From contig JAXLNO010000305.1 in assembly GCA_038087875.1 (NCBI GenBank), positions 62,001 to 126,000 on the forward strand: a stretch of DNA of 64,000 bases, read 5' to 3'. A program made the position numbers and the translations under genes. How positions within the stretch are numbered: position 1 is the stretch's first letter; each line of letters opens with the position of its first letter. The notes under the pieces were generated by a model. That model saw only the letters and a program-made list of their open reading frames with translations, had not been told where the DNA came from and did no database searches. Source of the DNA: Malacoraja senta (Eukaryota). This document shows positions 1-13,014 of this stretch, one piece after another.

Positions 1-1304
1 TTTGAGATGGGGTTAAGAACAGTATCCGAGCTGAGGAGATTTTTTAAATGCTCCTTCCAATGGATTATTGTGTCTGTTCTTGTTTCTTTGCTCCCAACTG
101 AGTAAACTTCGGTCTTTGTGTTGTTGATGGTCTTAATGTAGTTAAAGATTCTGCATGTGTCTTGGACATCCTGCCAATTTTCCACCCATAATCTGTTCTT
201 CAGGAAGTGAAGTGTTTGTGTACATTGGACTTCACTGCCTGTAGTTCCAATCAAGAGAACTTTGTTTAATTTTAATTTGTTCCCGGATCTTTTGGTTTTC
301 ACTGCACCAATCTTGTTTTCTTTCGGAGAAGCCAAGATTATTTTGTTCAGTTATTAATTGTATTTCAGCAACCTCTGGCTCAGCTCGAGCACAAACAGTA
401 ACCTGTGCTCATGACTGTACATACGTGGATAATGCCAAGGGGGATTCCTGAAAGGGCCAGACTAATCCTGCTTATGACTTTGTTGCATGATTGGAAAGAA
501 CTCGAGCCTTTGGAAAGGAAGGAGCTCGGAAAGTTAACTCCAGTGGAGTCATTGCTTTACCTTGGTGAATAACTAAATTATATTCAACATCCACTTTTGC
601 CAAAGGGACAAGCACAAGATCTTGTGGAAACACCCTCAATCTGTACACTGGCAGCTGCTAGATTTTTGCCATTATCTGAGTGAGGAATTGCATGGACATC
701 TGTGCAATGGTTGTAGTCGATGACTGCTGGACTGACCATCATTTGGTTTGCTCTGTTATTCAGCAGAATAGTCATCACTAGAAAATCCATGTGGAAAGGT
801 TTCAAGGGGCTCTTGACACTTCACAGGCAGCATTGCAACTCCTACGCGACAAGAGATGCAAGATACCTGGTCAGCCTGAAGATTTATTGAGTGTTTGCCA
901 ACTTGTATGGCATGCTGAGAAACTGAACATGCAATGAAACCTATTCTATATCACATTGCTCAATGTTGCATCCTCTTCAACTGAGTAGTAAAAATGTTAT
1001 ATTGTTTTATTAAATCAGCTTACTGTCAAGCACCAGTCTTAAAATATTGCAGACAATATTTAGTACAATTAGCAACAGTTTGAATTATCAGAATATGTTA
1101 CTTTATTTTAGGCATGAGTGTTAATTGTCGTATTTACTAAAATGAAACAATGAAATTCTTTCTTGTAGTAGCACAGCAACAAGTTTGTGTGTGCATAATA
1201 TAATAAACAAACTAAAGATTAATAAATTGTTAAAAATAACTATATAGTGCAAAATAAGTGCTAAATATAGTGCAAAGTCCCAAGTGCTGTCAAGATAGTT
1301 TGTT

Positions 1305-1720
1305 CAGTTTAGTTTATTGTCAAAAGCTTTTTGTTGCGTGCTAAACAGTCAGCAGAAAGACAATACATGATTACAATCAATCCATTTACAGTGTATAGAT
1401 AGATACATGATAAGGGAATAGCATTTAGTGCAAGGTGAAGCCAGCAAAGTCCAGTCAAGGAAAGTCCAAGGGACATCCAAGGTAGATAGTAGTTCAGCAC
1501 TGCTCTCTGGTTGTGGTAGGATGATTCAGTTGCCTGATAACAACTGGGAAGAAACTGTCCCTGAATCCGGTGGTGTGTGTTTTCACACTTCTATACCTTT
1601 TGCCTGATGGGAGAGAGGAGAAGAGAAGTGGCCAGGGTGCGACTCGTCCTCGATTATACTGTTGGCCTTGCCGAGGCAGCGTGAGGTATAAATGGAATCA
1701 ATAGAAGGGAGGTTGGTTTG
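1305..1720 (-). mobile_element. Rex1/Babar LINE 3' fragment
   Basis: Minus strand cctctctcccatcaggcaaaaggtatagaagtgtgaaa...agtttcttcccagttgttatcagg; (aaact)n-type tail. Confidence 0.7.
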
Positions 1721-1919
1721 TGCTGTGTTTCCACTTTGAAGGAAATTACCTGAAATTCGGGAAATTCTGGTTGTCTTCGGGTAATTTTAGGGAAATTAAA
1801 TGATTTCGTGAAATTTCCCGGCCCGGTAATGCTTCCCCAACTGCGCGTATGCGACTGCTGCCCCAATGGCAAATGACCTTTGACAAATCCCATGATTCCT
1901 TGTGTTTTCAGAATACCGA

Positions 1920-3000
1920 ACTTGCTTATTCCCACAACATCATACTTACCAATCTCTAACTGAACCTCAAGCTCATCCACTTTATTTCTTATACTTCGCA
2001 CATTCATATATAACACGTTTAATTTGGTATTCACCTCCCCTCTCACACCAGCTCCTATTTCACCTGACCTTACTCTCTTATCCCTTATTGAACTTTCCGT
2101 CCCATTAATTCGGGTGTCTTTCCTGTACTCTCTTCCCCTTTAACTCCATCCTTATACTCCCAATTTGTCTACCCCTCCCCCCCGCTGTTTCATTTAAACC
2201 CAGCCGTGTAGCACTAGCAAACCTGCCTGCCAGAATGTTGGTCCCATTCCAGTTAAGGTGTAACCCGTCCCTTTTGTGCAGGTCACCCCTACCCCAGAGG
2301 AGACCCCAGTGGTCTATAAATCTAAATCACTGCTCCCTGCACCAGCCCCTCAGCCACACATTCAGATCCCCTGTCTCCCTGTTCCTGCCCTCACCAGCAC
2401 GTACTGGAAGCAATCCAGAGATAACCACCTGAGAAGTCCTGCTTTTCTGCCTTCTTCCTAACTCTCTAAACTCGCGTTGTAGAACCTCCTTCCTCTTCTT
2501 CCTGACGTTGTTTGTGCCCACATGCAACCACTTCCAGCTGCTCACCTTCCCTCTCTAGGATGTTCTGAAGTCGGTCCGAGACATCTTGAACCCTGGCACC
2601 AGGGAGGCAACAGACCATCCTCGAGTCTTGCCTGTCACCACAGAATCTCCTATCCGCACCTTGGACAATGGAGTCATCCACTGCTATGGCTGCCCAATGC
2701 CGGTCGAGTTTCATCGTTAGGATTGGAGCCACCGATCTGTCCGCCGCTCGTACTGGAAGCGTCATCTGCCCCGATAGGTCCCAAGAGGGTGTACCTGTTA
2801 TCATACGGTACAGCCACTGGGGTCTCCTGCACTCCACGTTTACTCTTCTTTCTCATAGTCACCCACCTTCGCTCTTCCGGTATCCTTGGTGTGACAACCT
2901 CACTGTTGATCCTGTCCAGGAAACCCTGAGGTCATCTAGCTGCTGCTCCAGTTCCCCAACACGTTGCACCTGGACACATTTTCTGCAGGTGTAGTTGTCA
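1920..3000 (-). mobile_element. CR1 5' fragment: ORF1 SGNH/GDSL esterase-like domain and start of the ORF2 endonuclease
   Basis: DSIV..ADRRFCG..DSRMVCCLPGARVQDVS...HVGTNN and LYMNVRSIRNKVDEL...YDVVGI, frameshifted. Confidence 0.88.
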
Positions 3001-4349
3001 GAAACTTTATCAAAACAGTTAGACTTTATCAAAACAGTTTTGAAAGTATCAGCCATGATCATATTGAATGGCGGTGCAGGCTCGAAGGGCCGAATGGCCT
3101 ACTCCTGCACCTAATTTCTATGTTTCTATGTTTCTAAGTGTCAAAAAGCTGATCTATTTGCATTTTTTTGTCGTAGCTCATTTATCATTACATATCACTT
3201 GCATTTTCTGATTTGGCTATTCGTGGACCACTCTCCATAAACAAGCCTATCCAAAAGTAGCTGCACCTGCCCATTTCCTTGCTTATCAATTAAACATTTT
3301 GTTGGTGTGCCAGTCTCGGCAATCTCCCTGAGCCTCCACTAAGCTTTTGACCACCCCTCTTAGGGTATTCTACATTGGTTTGATACTTGCTGATTTCTGT
3401 TTCGGCCTTCATGAACTGTCTGGGTCTATTTTTCTACAAATTTTGTTGGTTAAGGGCACTGGGACAAAGGGCCTAACCTGGCCATATATTTGGTATTGTG
3501 GATGAGACATGGCTGTGTTATATGATTCTGGCACTTGGACGGATTTTTATGATATTTGGTGTTTAGACCCAAGGTCAGTTCTAAAATTAACTCATTTGTT
3601 CAACAGGTTTGAAGTGACTATTTGACTGTAGCAGTGGTGAGTCATGCTATAATTGTACTGTGCTTTAAGACCGCATTTGATCTCTAACGAGGATATATCT
3701 GCCTCTTGGAAATACTATTTTTTTTTTTCAGGGTTGAAGGCCTTTGTTCCACACTCGCTGGAGGTTTCATGAAGAACCTTGAGAGGAGAATTATTTTTTT
3801 TGGAACTGGAGTGTCTAACACTAGACAGGTTAACTATCATGAGCAGTTCAGAGAAGTTTCTGTTACACAGATTTACAGTGAAGGAATCCGAAGATGTAGG
3901 GATCTGGCAACAAAGTGGAAAGATGATCAGCTGAGGCACATCCATGACCTTGTTGTGGATCATGCTCAATAACTATTTCCTATTAAAAGTTTTTTTTAAA
4001 CTCGTTATTTATAGTTGGATGTTAAGTGGATTGAAAAAAACAGAGAAAAATAATGTCTGAATAGATTGCCGGGCCTTTTCAGGGGGCAGTTAGAATTAGT
4101 GTTTAAGAAGGAACTGCAGATGCTGGAAAATCCCAGGTACACAAACATGCTGGAGAAACTCAGCAGGTGCAGCAGCATCTATGGAGTGAAGGGAATAGGC
4201 AACGTTTTGGCCCGAAAGTATGTTCATTTTTATTCATTTCAGTCAACTCTCCTGTTAATTTCTGAATACTTGGACCTCTTATTAACTGAAGTCTCTTATC
4301 TTGTGTATGCCTCTCATAAGTTTCTGTACTCTTTTCAAAGTCAGCATGT

Positions 4350-5310
4350 CGTGTAGTGCTCAGAACTAGACACAATGCTTGGGCTTTTTAGTTTATATTA
4401 ATAACTGATCAAGGTATCGAAATAGCACTTGCTAAACTGACTGATGACGCAAGGAATGATAAGAAGTTTTGAATAGAACAGAAGTAGGATACAAAGTGAT
4501 ATGAATAAGTGAGCAGGCAAAGATCTGCCAAGTGAAGAGAATGTGGCAAATGTGAGTGTAAAATCTTAATATAATTTCAAATTGTGTTTGGATATTACAA
4601 GGAGTACTATCCAATAGTCTGGAAAATCTGTTTGTCAGGAACCACAGGAACAAGGTGCCGCATTATCAGTCTTATTATCAATGGTGAGAGATTGCAGAGC
4701 TCAAATGCAAAGGACCATTGGTGTACTGGTGCATGAGTTGCAAAAAGTAGGTATTTGGGTGCAGTGTCATTGGGAAAGCTAATAGAATGTTGTTTATGGC
4801 TAGGGGAGAATTACAAAAATATGGAAGTTATGTTTCCATTAAATAAGACATTAGTGAGATGCATCTGAAGTACAGCGTAAAGAACAGGTCTCCTTTAGGA
4901 AAACTGGATTGGATGCAGTTCAGTGAAGGATTGAGACTAATAACGGATTGACTTGAGGAACGTTGGACAGCCTGGGATTGTATTCACTGGCGCTTGGCGT
5001 GGGAGAGGACTTCATTGAAACCAAATCCTGAGGTGTCTTAACAAGATGGATGTGGAGAGGATGATTTCTCTAGTGGGATACCTGAAACTAGGTGTTGCCC
5101 ATTTAAGAAGCAAAGCAAAATAATTATCTTCCAATAAATGTGGTTGAAAGAGAGCCTTTTAGTTCTTTCAAGGCAGAAGTAGATATTCTCAAGAAATGAA
5201 TGGTGAGAGGTTACTGGAGATGTGAGAATGTGGAGTTACGGTTATAGTCGGGTGAACTTTGACCGTGCGGAATTGCTGAGGTGACCTAAATGGCCTGCTC
5301 TGCTCTTAAT
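4350..5310 (+). mobile_element. Old, degenerate CR1 remnant
   Basis: Recognisable CR1 RT-end nucleotide motifs ending in aatggcctgctctgctc. Confidence 0.55.
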
Positions 5311-5552
5311 TGTGTGTGGCTGTAATAATGCAATTGTAGATTTCAATTACGAGAGGTCTGTAGCATAATCTGTGCATCAATTTTGAGCAATAATTCAACA
5401 ATTACTTTGCATGTATTCCCCAAAAACAGCAATGACCTGATGATCTGATTTAGTATTGGAGAAATAAGTGTTGGCCAAGACACCAACGATAACTCGCCTG
5501 GGCTATTCTTTGAAACAGTCAGGTTGCTCACTATCTCACCACCAAGTCAGAA

Positions 5553-6745
5553 GAATGTAACAAGTAGAATGGATAAGGGAGAGCCAGTGGATGTGGAGTA
5601 TCTGGACTTTCAAAAAGTCTTTGACAAGGTCCCACACAATAGATTAGTGTGCAAAATTAGAGCATATGGTATTGGGGGTAGGGTATTGACATGGATAGAA
5701 AATTGGTTGGCAGACAGCAAGCAAAGAGTTGGAATTAATTCAGAATGGCAGGCAGTGACTAGTGGGGTGCCGCAAGGCTCGGTGCTGGGACCCCAGTTTT
5801 TACAATATATACTAACGATTTGGACGAGGGCATTAAATGTGACATGTCTAAGTTTGCGGATGACATAAAGATGGGTGGCAGTGTGAGCTGCGATGAGGAT
5901 GCTATGAGGCTGCAGGGTGAATTGGATAGGTTGGGAAGATGCATGGCAGATGCAATATAATGTGGGTTAATGTGAGGTTATCCTCTTTTGTGACAAGAAC
6001 CAAGAACAGGAAGGCAGATTATTATCGGAATGGTGTCAGATTAGAAAAAGGGAAGGTGCAAGGACACCTGGGTGTGCTTGTACATCAGTCACTGAAAGTA
6101 AGCATGCAGGTACAGCAGGCAGTGAAGAAAGAATGTTGGCCTTCATTGCGAGAGGATTTGATTTTAAGAGCAAGAAGGTCCTTCTGCAGTTGCACAGAGC
6201 CCTGGTGAGACTGCACCTGGAGTATTGTGTGCAATTTTGGTCTCCTAATTTGAGGAAGGACATTATTGCTATTGAGGGGTTGCAGCGTACGTTCACTAGG
6301 TTAATTCCCGGGATGGTGGGACTGACATATGGTGAAAGAATGGGTCGACTGGGCTTGTATTCACTGGAATTCAGAAGGATGAGAGGGGATCTTATAGAAA
6401 CATATAAAATATAAAATGCAGGAATAATGTTCCTGATGTTGCTGGAGCCCAGAACCAGGGGTCACAGTTTAAGAATAAGGGGTAGGCCATTTAGGACTGA
6501 GATAAGGAAAATCTTTTTCACCCAGAGCGTTGTGGATTTGTGGAATTATCTGCCACAAAGGTAGTGGAGGCCAATTCACTGGATGTTTTCAAGAGAGAGT
6601 TAGATTTAGCTCTTGGGGCTAAAGGAATCAAGGAATATGGGGAAAAAGCAGGAACGGGGCACTGATTTTAGATGATCAGCCATGATCATATTGAAGGGCC
6701 GAATGGCCTACTCCTGTACCTATTTTTAAATGATCTATGTTTCTA
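5553..6745 (+). mobile_element. CR1 3' fragment (RT, frameshifted)
   Basis: YLDFQKVFDKVPH, SGVPQGSVLGP, LEYCVQFWSP; CR1 tail. Confidence 0.93.
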
Positions 6746-7300
6746 ATATGTTAGAACTAAGCCATAGCTTGTAACTCTACAGCTCTGGTTATAAATCCTA
6801 AGAGTACAGCAATACCATTCTTGGCTCCATTATCAGTGATACTTGGAGTTCTATGGACGGTAATAGTACAATCTTAAACGTAAATTCTAATTATAGTGAC
6901 CTTTACTTTATATAATTTACTGATGGCTAAGTGTTGGAGGCAGTAATTAACTGATTTAAATTGGACAGATTAACCTTGATAGTTTTCTTCCCAGCCAGGT
7001 GGGTGTCATTGTTGCAACAGCCTGGATAAGAGGTGTGGTTAAATATGGAACATGTGGTCAACACCACTGCTGGCATTGTTCCACTACCTTTTGGCACTCC
7101 ATTGTGTCCAAATGAAGCTTGGGTACTTTGGCATTTCTTGCGAAAGATGCTTGCAAAATCTTTGGGTTCCAAAGATATCCCAGCCCATGTCATTGTTGTG
7201 GATGTGAATGTTCTCGGAGCTGTCTCCTTACATTAGTTATTCATAACAACACATGGTAGGACTGCACAGCTTTGCACCACATTTGGAAAGTGGTGAAATC

Positions 7301-8607
7301 ATTGGATAAAGTCAGCATGGATTTACGAAAGGTAAATCATGTCTGACGAATCTTATAGAATTTTTCGAGGATGTAACTAGTAGAGTGGATAAGGGAGAAC
7401 CAGTGGATGTGTTATATCTGGACTTTCAGAAGGCTTTCGACAAGGTCCCACATAAGAGATTAGTATGCAAACTTAAAGCACACGGTATTGGGGGTTCATA
7501 TTGATGTGGATAGAGAACTGACTGGCAGACAGGAAGCAAAGAGTAGGAGTAAACGGGTCCTTTTCAGAATGGCAGGCAGTGACTAGTGGGGTACCGCAAG
7601 GCTCAGTGTTGGGACCCCAGCTATTTACAATATATATTAATGAACTGGATGAGGGAATTGAATGCAACATCTCCAAGTTTGTGGATGACACGAAGCTGGG
7701 GGGCAGTGTTAGCTGTGAAGAGGATGCTAGGAGGCTGCAAGGTGACTTGGATAGGTTGGGTGAGTGGGCAAATGCATGGCAGATGCAGTATAATGTGGAT
7801 AAATGTGAGGTTATCCACTTTAGTGGCAAAAACAGGAAAGTACACTATTATCTGAATGGTGGCCGATTAGGAAAAGGGGAGATGCAACGAGATCTGGGTG
7901 TCATGGTACACCAGTCATTGAAAGTAGGCATGCAGGTGCAGCAGGCAGTGAAGAAAGCGAATGGTATGTTAGCATTCATAGCAAAAGGATTTGAGTATAA
8001 GAGCAGGGAGGTTCTACTGCAGTTGTACAGGGTCTTGGTGAGGCCACACCTGAGGTATTGCGTACAGTTTTGGTCACCAAATCTGAGGAAAGACATTCTT
8101 GCCATAGAGGGAGTACAGAGAAGGTTCACCAGACTGATTCCTGGGATGGTAGGACTTTCATATGAAGAAAGACTGGATAGACTCGGCTTGTACTCACTAG
8201 AATTTAGAAGATTGAGGGGAGATCTTATAGAAACTTACAAGATTCTTAAGGGGTTGGACAGGCTAGATGCAGGAAGATTGTTCCCGATGTTGGGGAAGTC
8301 CAGAACAAGGGGTCACAGTTTAAGGATAAGGGGGAAGTCTTTTAGGACCGAGATGAGAAAATCATTTTTCACACAGAGAGTGGGGAATCTGTGGAATTCT
8401 CTGCCACAGAAGGTAGTTGAGGCCAGTTCATTGGCTATATTTAAGAGGGAGTTAGATGTGGCCCTCGTGGCTAAAGGGATCAGGGGGTATGGTGAGAAGG
8501 CAGGTACAGGATACTGAGTTGGATGATCAGCCATGATCATATTGAATGACGGTGCAGGCTCGAAGGGCCGAATGGCCTACTCCTGCACCTATTTTCTATG
8601 TTTCTAT
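7301..8607 (+). mobile_element. Young 5'-truncated CR1 (RT C-terminal 312 aa open)
   Basis: ORF 7579-8517 with SGVPQGSVLGP, FVDD, YCVQFWSP, RTRGH; (ctatgttt)n tail. Confidence 0.95.
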
Positions 8608-8944
8608 GAAGTGATCCGTAAATTGTGGGATTGTATTGATCTCTCTTGATGTGGTGGAATATAATTTGGTTGCAGCTGGCTTTGTACATGCCCAAGATCT
8701 GTTTTGAGTCTATCCCATTACACACAGTGATGGTGCCACACAACCCAATAGGCAGTCTCTCATGGGAAGGTCAGACTTGCAGGACTCTGTCGTGGTAACA
8801 CACAATTTTTATTCTGTGAAGGACAGGTAAATGCATGTGTAGCTGGTAATTTGAGTGCAAGTTGAAGGGGTTCATCCTTCTATTTCCTTACCATCTGCTA
8901 TGTACTCTAATTGATCTTTGCAACTGTCCAGTCCATCAAGGATA

Positions 8945-9135
8945 TTGATCTCCACCATCAAAGGGATCTATAGGAGGCGCTGCCTCAAAAAGGTTACCAA
9001 CATATTCAAGGACCCAAACCACCCTGGCCATGCTCTCATTGCACCCCTGCCACTGGGAAGAAGATATAGGAGTCTGAAAACTGTGACCTCCAGGCTCAGG
9101 AACAGCTTCTTCCCAACAACCATCAACCTATTAAC
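8945..9135 (+). mobile_element. Rex1/Babar fragment
   Basis: IYRRRCLKK..NIFKDPNHPGH...LPLGRRYRSLK...RLRNSFFP. Confidence 0.8.
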
Positions 9136-9408
9136 CGATTATTTCCATCCTTTAGCATTGTGGATTGCCTTTACCAGAAGAACTGTAATGGCTCAAGAGC
9201 ATGGTTCACCACCATCTCGGCGGCAATTATGGAAGCTCAAAAATGCTGGCTATGCCAGCAATGCCCACATGCTGAAGAAAATTATATATTTTTTTTAATG
9301 TTTCCCTAAAACAACTTTTATAAATCTCTATCCCTCTCTTGTTAACTTGATTTTGAAGCTGTGATTTGAGTGTTAATATCTTGTATATTTATCCTTTTTT
9401 TTTCAAAG

Positions 9409-9510
9409 ATCCTTGATGAGATTGAGGAGCATGGTATTAGGATTTACCACCTCCCAGATGCCGAATCTGATGAAGATGAGGATTTTAAGGAGCAGACTCG
9501 AGTCCTTAAG
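9409..9510 (+). CDS. SEPTIN2: Septin-2 family internal coding exon ([34 protein letters not shown]); upstream exons lie outside the window
   Basis: AG/GT-bounded 102-bp phase 0-0 exon. The translation is nearly identical to the SEPT2 segment [34 protein letters not shown]. Confidence 0.93.
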
Positions 9511-10681
9511 GTACTTAAAAGCAGTAATTTTGCAAATTATGCTGGATGAGTAATTATAGTCTTGGTTACTTTACATCTAATACATTTTGGAAGCATTCAG
9601 ATAACTTTCACTTGAAAATTATGTCTGCTGTCCACTCAAATAGATATAGCTCCTTATTTGTTTTTTTTTGTTTAGTCTAGGTTAATCCTAGGCTGTTTAA
9701 GGCCAAATTGCATTATGCTGGTGTTGCTTTATATTGGCACTGAAGTTACATGTTATAAATTCATAGTCAAGATAGATCAAACTATGAACCGAAGCAGTCT
9801 CTGCATTCTCCAGAGTTTTGAACTTTCAAATGAAATGGAAGTTATATATTTTTTCTTTTGGCCAAATATTTTCACAAGAGTCTTCGGCATCTCCTTTTGT
9901 TCAATTCATTATTTGAGATGTGTCATCTGCCATTGCTAGCTGGAAGTTTAGTTTAGTTTATTATAGTCAGGTGTACCGGGGTACAGTGCAAAGCTGGAAT
10001 TGAGACTTGTACGTACTCCACTGTGATAAATAGGACTGGTGCATTTGATCTCTACTGCTTCCAAAGTCATCAAACAATGAAATAAAATAAGTGCTGGAAA
10101 TACTCAGCACATTGGCAGCATTTATGGAGAGATAAAATGTTTCATATTGATGAACCTTAATTAGGACTGATGAGGGGTTAGGTACTACCTACAGGAAGAA
10201 ACTACATAATGATCTGAGAAATACAGGCATAATTAGAACTGGATATGATGGGTAAATGGTCGATTGGTGGATTATCATTAAATTAATTGATGATGAAAGG
10301 CAGCAATATGCCTGTAAGAAAGATGAAATATTGTTCCTTGGAACAATATGGAAAGAATATGTTTTGGGCAGTAAAAAGAGAAGGTAAAAGGAGAGGTGCG
10401 AAAATATACTGCAGTTGTATGGAGATTTACTGTGGGAAGGGGGTGGAGAAGGAAGAATGAATTGAAGCATCCTGGAGGAGTGATAATAATAATAATAATG
10501 AATTTTATTTATGGGCGCCTTATACCGAGGTCTCAAGGACACCTTACAGAGATTTATAGGAAACATATAATCAGAATTTAAAAAAATAAGTTATAAAGAC
10601 CAATACACAAATCAGGGACAGAATTCCTTCCAAAAAGAGAAGTTGTGTCTGGGAACCCTACTCGCGTTCTGGGTGGCAAAG

Positions 10682-11493
10682 GAAGGACAAAGGACATTTA
10701 TTGTCACATACACCAATTGGTGTAGTGAAATTTGAGTTGTCATGCAGCGCACCAATAAAATAAACACAACATTAAAGAATTTAACATTAAATATAAAAAC
10801 ATCCCCCCACAATGGTTCCCACTGTGAGGGAAGGCAGCAAAGTCCAGTCCACTTCCTCTTGTTCACCCATGGTCGGGCCTATTGAGACCTCCGCGGATGG
10901 CGGCCCGATGTTTCAGGCCCTCTCGCCGAATGGTGGAGCTCCGGCGTCGGAAGAACACTCAGCGGCTTGGAGTGTCTGGAACGGCCGCTTCGTACCAGAG
11001 ACCGTGGCTCCCGAAGTCCACATGCCGCACTGGTAGGAGCTCCAACACTGGCGATCTCGGCGAGAGATCCCAGGCTCCGCGGTGTTTAAAAGTCAGCGCT
11101 GCCCGTGGCTGGACGCTCCGCGATGTTGGAGTCGGCGGTCACAGCACACCACACGGCGGCCCTCTGTGTAAGGCATCGCCCGCTCCGCGATGGTGCTTCA
11201 GCGCAGCGCCACCGCCGAAGCTGAAGTTCTGGCCGGTCCCGGCAGGAAACGCCGCTCCAGTCCCATTGGTAGGTCGCGAAGATGCGGCCCGGAGGAAAGC
11301 CGCATCTCCGACCAGGTAGGGACTGCGTAAAAATAGTTTCCCCCTTCCCCCCCCACCCCCACCCCACCCCACCCACCCCCCCACATAAAAAGACTAGAAG
11401 ACCTCCAAGACAAAGCACACTAACACACAAAAAATTAAAAAAAGGTTGAAAGGACGAACAGCTGCTGGCAGGGCAGCCATACTCGACGGCGCC
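10682..11493 (-). mobile_element. GC-rich ~0.8-kb non-autonomous retroposon, nested in an older element with an L2-like (TAT)n tail
   Basis: Homologous over its length to 32598-33400 (+) and, at the 3' end, to 40425-40620 (-). Ends tgtgacaataaa plus a short tandem tail. Confidence 0.75.
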
Positions 11494-11964
11494 CCAGAGG
11501 AGAAAGTGGAACATGTCAGCTGTGGTGGAGGGAAATCACAGGGAGTTGTATGGTGTGAAAGTTTCCAGTTGTAATGAATAGGTGTTGTTCTCAAATGTTA
11601 AGTTAATTCTAAGATAAGAGAAGATTGAGTGAGGACTGGATAGGACAAAGCGAATGTCTGAGCGAGTGAGCTTTCCACGATCAATATCAAATTCTGCAAC
11701 TTCAAGCAACTCTACATCAGAACTTGAGATTTGTGCCATAAGTCATCCATCCGTAATATTAGCTCAGTTTTTCTCAGTCCATTAGCTGATGGGCATGTCC
11801 CACAGCCCGTTATTTGCAATACATTACACCTTGTTGTATTATCACAGATAATCACAGTACTGTATCACAGATGTGGGCAAAGTTTAATGAATCTTATGTG
11901 AAAGCAAAGACACTAGTTCATTATGTTTGCTGTATGTTTAGTCTTTGAGTAACTAATCTCAGTA

Positions 11965-12645
11965 GCTTGTGCAAAACACAAAATTCTGGAGAAACTCTGG
12001 GATCGGCAGCATCTGTGGAAGGATTGGACAGACAATATTCTGGAGCAGGACCCTTCAGACTGATAGGAGAAAGCTGAAAAAGAAATGGGGGTGAGACAAA
12101 GCCTGGCAAGTGATAGGTGGATGCAGGTGAGGGGAGTTTGTTTGGCAAATTGGCGGAGTAAGTGACAAAGGCCTGAGATGAAAAGGAGGCGAAACGGCAG
12201 AGAAGAGGAGTGAAATGTAAACCCACAAGACATAACTTCTTTCCCCAATCCCTTTCTGGTTTCTGTAGAGAATCTCACCACCAGTCACATCTTCCCCTTC
12301 CACTTTCCATAGCCATCTTCAACATGATCCCACCGCCCTCTTCCCCTTCCACTCATATCCCTCCCCCTGGCTCTCCATTTCATTTCTCTTCTTTCCTCAT
12401 TTGACACCCCCCATCTCTAGGCTTTGCCATGAACATCACCCATCTGCCAACCGCCTCCTCACCTGTATCCACCGGTCACGTGCTAGGCTTTGTCCCATCC
12501 CCTCCTCCTTCCCTGTTTCTTCACCCACCCCATCCCCCTATGCTCCTATTATTCTGAAGGAGAGTCCTGAACTGAAACGCTGCTGAGTTCCTCCAGCACT
12601 TTGTATTTTTCTCAAGATTCCAGCATCTGCAGTTTTTTGTGTCTA
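11965..12645. mobile_element. Two older Penelope 3' fragments in opposite orientations
   Basis: Degenerate pLTR motifs (ttccacagatgctgcc; ctgaagg...ctgaaacg; ctccagcactttg) on - at about 11965-12220 and on + at about 12225-12645. Confidence 0.6.
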
Positions 12646-12868
12646 TTATACAAGGAAAAGTTAATGTCTGGGTTAATACCTGACCTTCAAGATTTTCTCA
12701 CTATAAGTTGCACATTTTTTACATTATATGTCTAGTCCAAAGCTACACTTTTAATCTATATTTTGGAGGTGAAAGCTGTGGAAAGGTGTTTTTTTTTGTT
12801 TTTGTTTGAGTCAGTCATTGACAGCGGCACTAATCTTGGACTGGTATATTGTGTTTTTGTGAGTTTAG

Positions 12869-13014
12869 ACCAGTATCCCTTTTGCTGTTGTGGGATCAAA
12901 TCAGTTGATTGAGGCAAAAGGTAAAAAAGTCCGAGGGCGTTTGTATCCATGGGGAGTGGTGGAAGTGGAGAATCCTGAGCACAATGACTTCCTGAAGCTG
13001 AGAACCATGTTAAT
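12869..13014 (+). CDS. SEPTIN2: Septin-2 family coding exon with septin unique element ([49 protein letters not shown])
   Basis: tttag acceptor, GTAAGT donor, 146 bp, phase 0-2. Contains the GRLYPWG and HNDFLKLR septin motifs. Confidence 0.95.

Noticed and set aside
1..860. Possible ancient coding remnant (minus strand WKEHLKNLL, RTE-like)
   Set aside because: Too degenerate to assign from sequence alone.
3732..3780. Possible upstream septin exon (tttttcag|GGTTGAAG resembles GLK...)
   Set aside because: The translation diverges immediately from GLKPLDV...AKAD and reaches a stop; no matching donor.
10812..11514. Cluster of 70-145 aa ORFs
   Set aside because: They lie in a GC-rich repeat and the reading frames are not preserved in the second copy.
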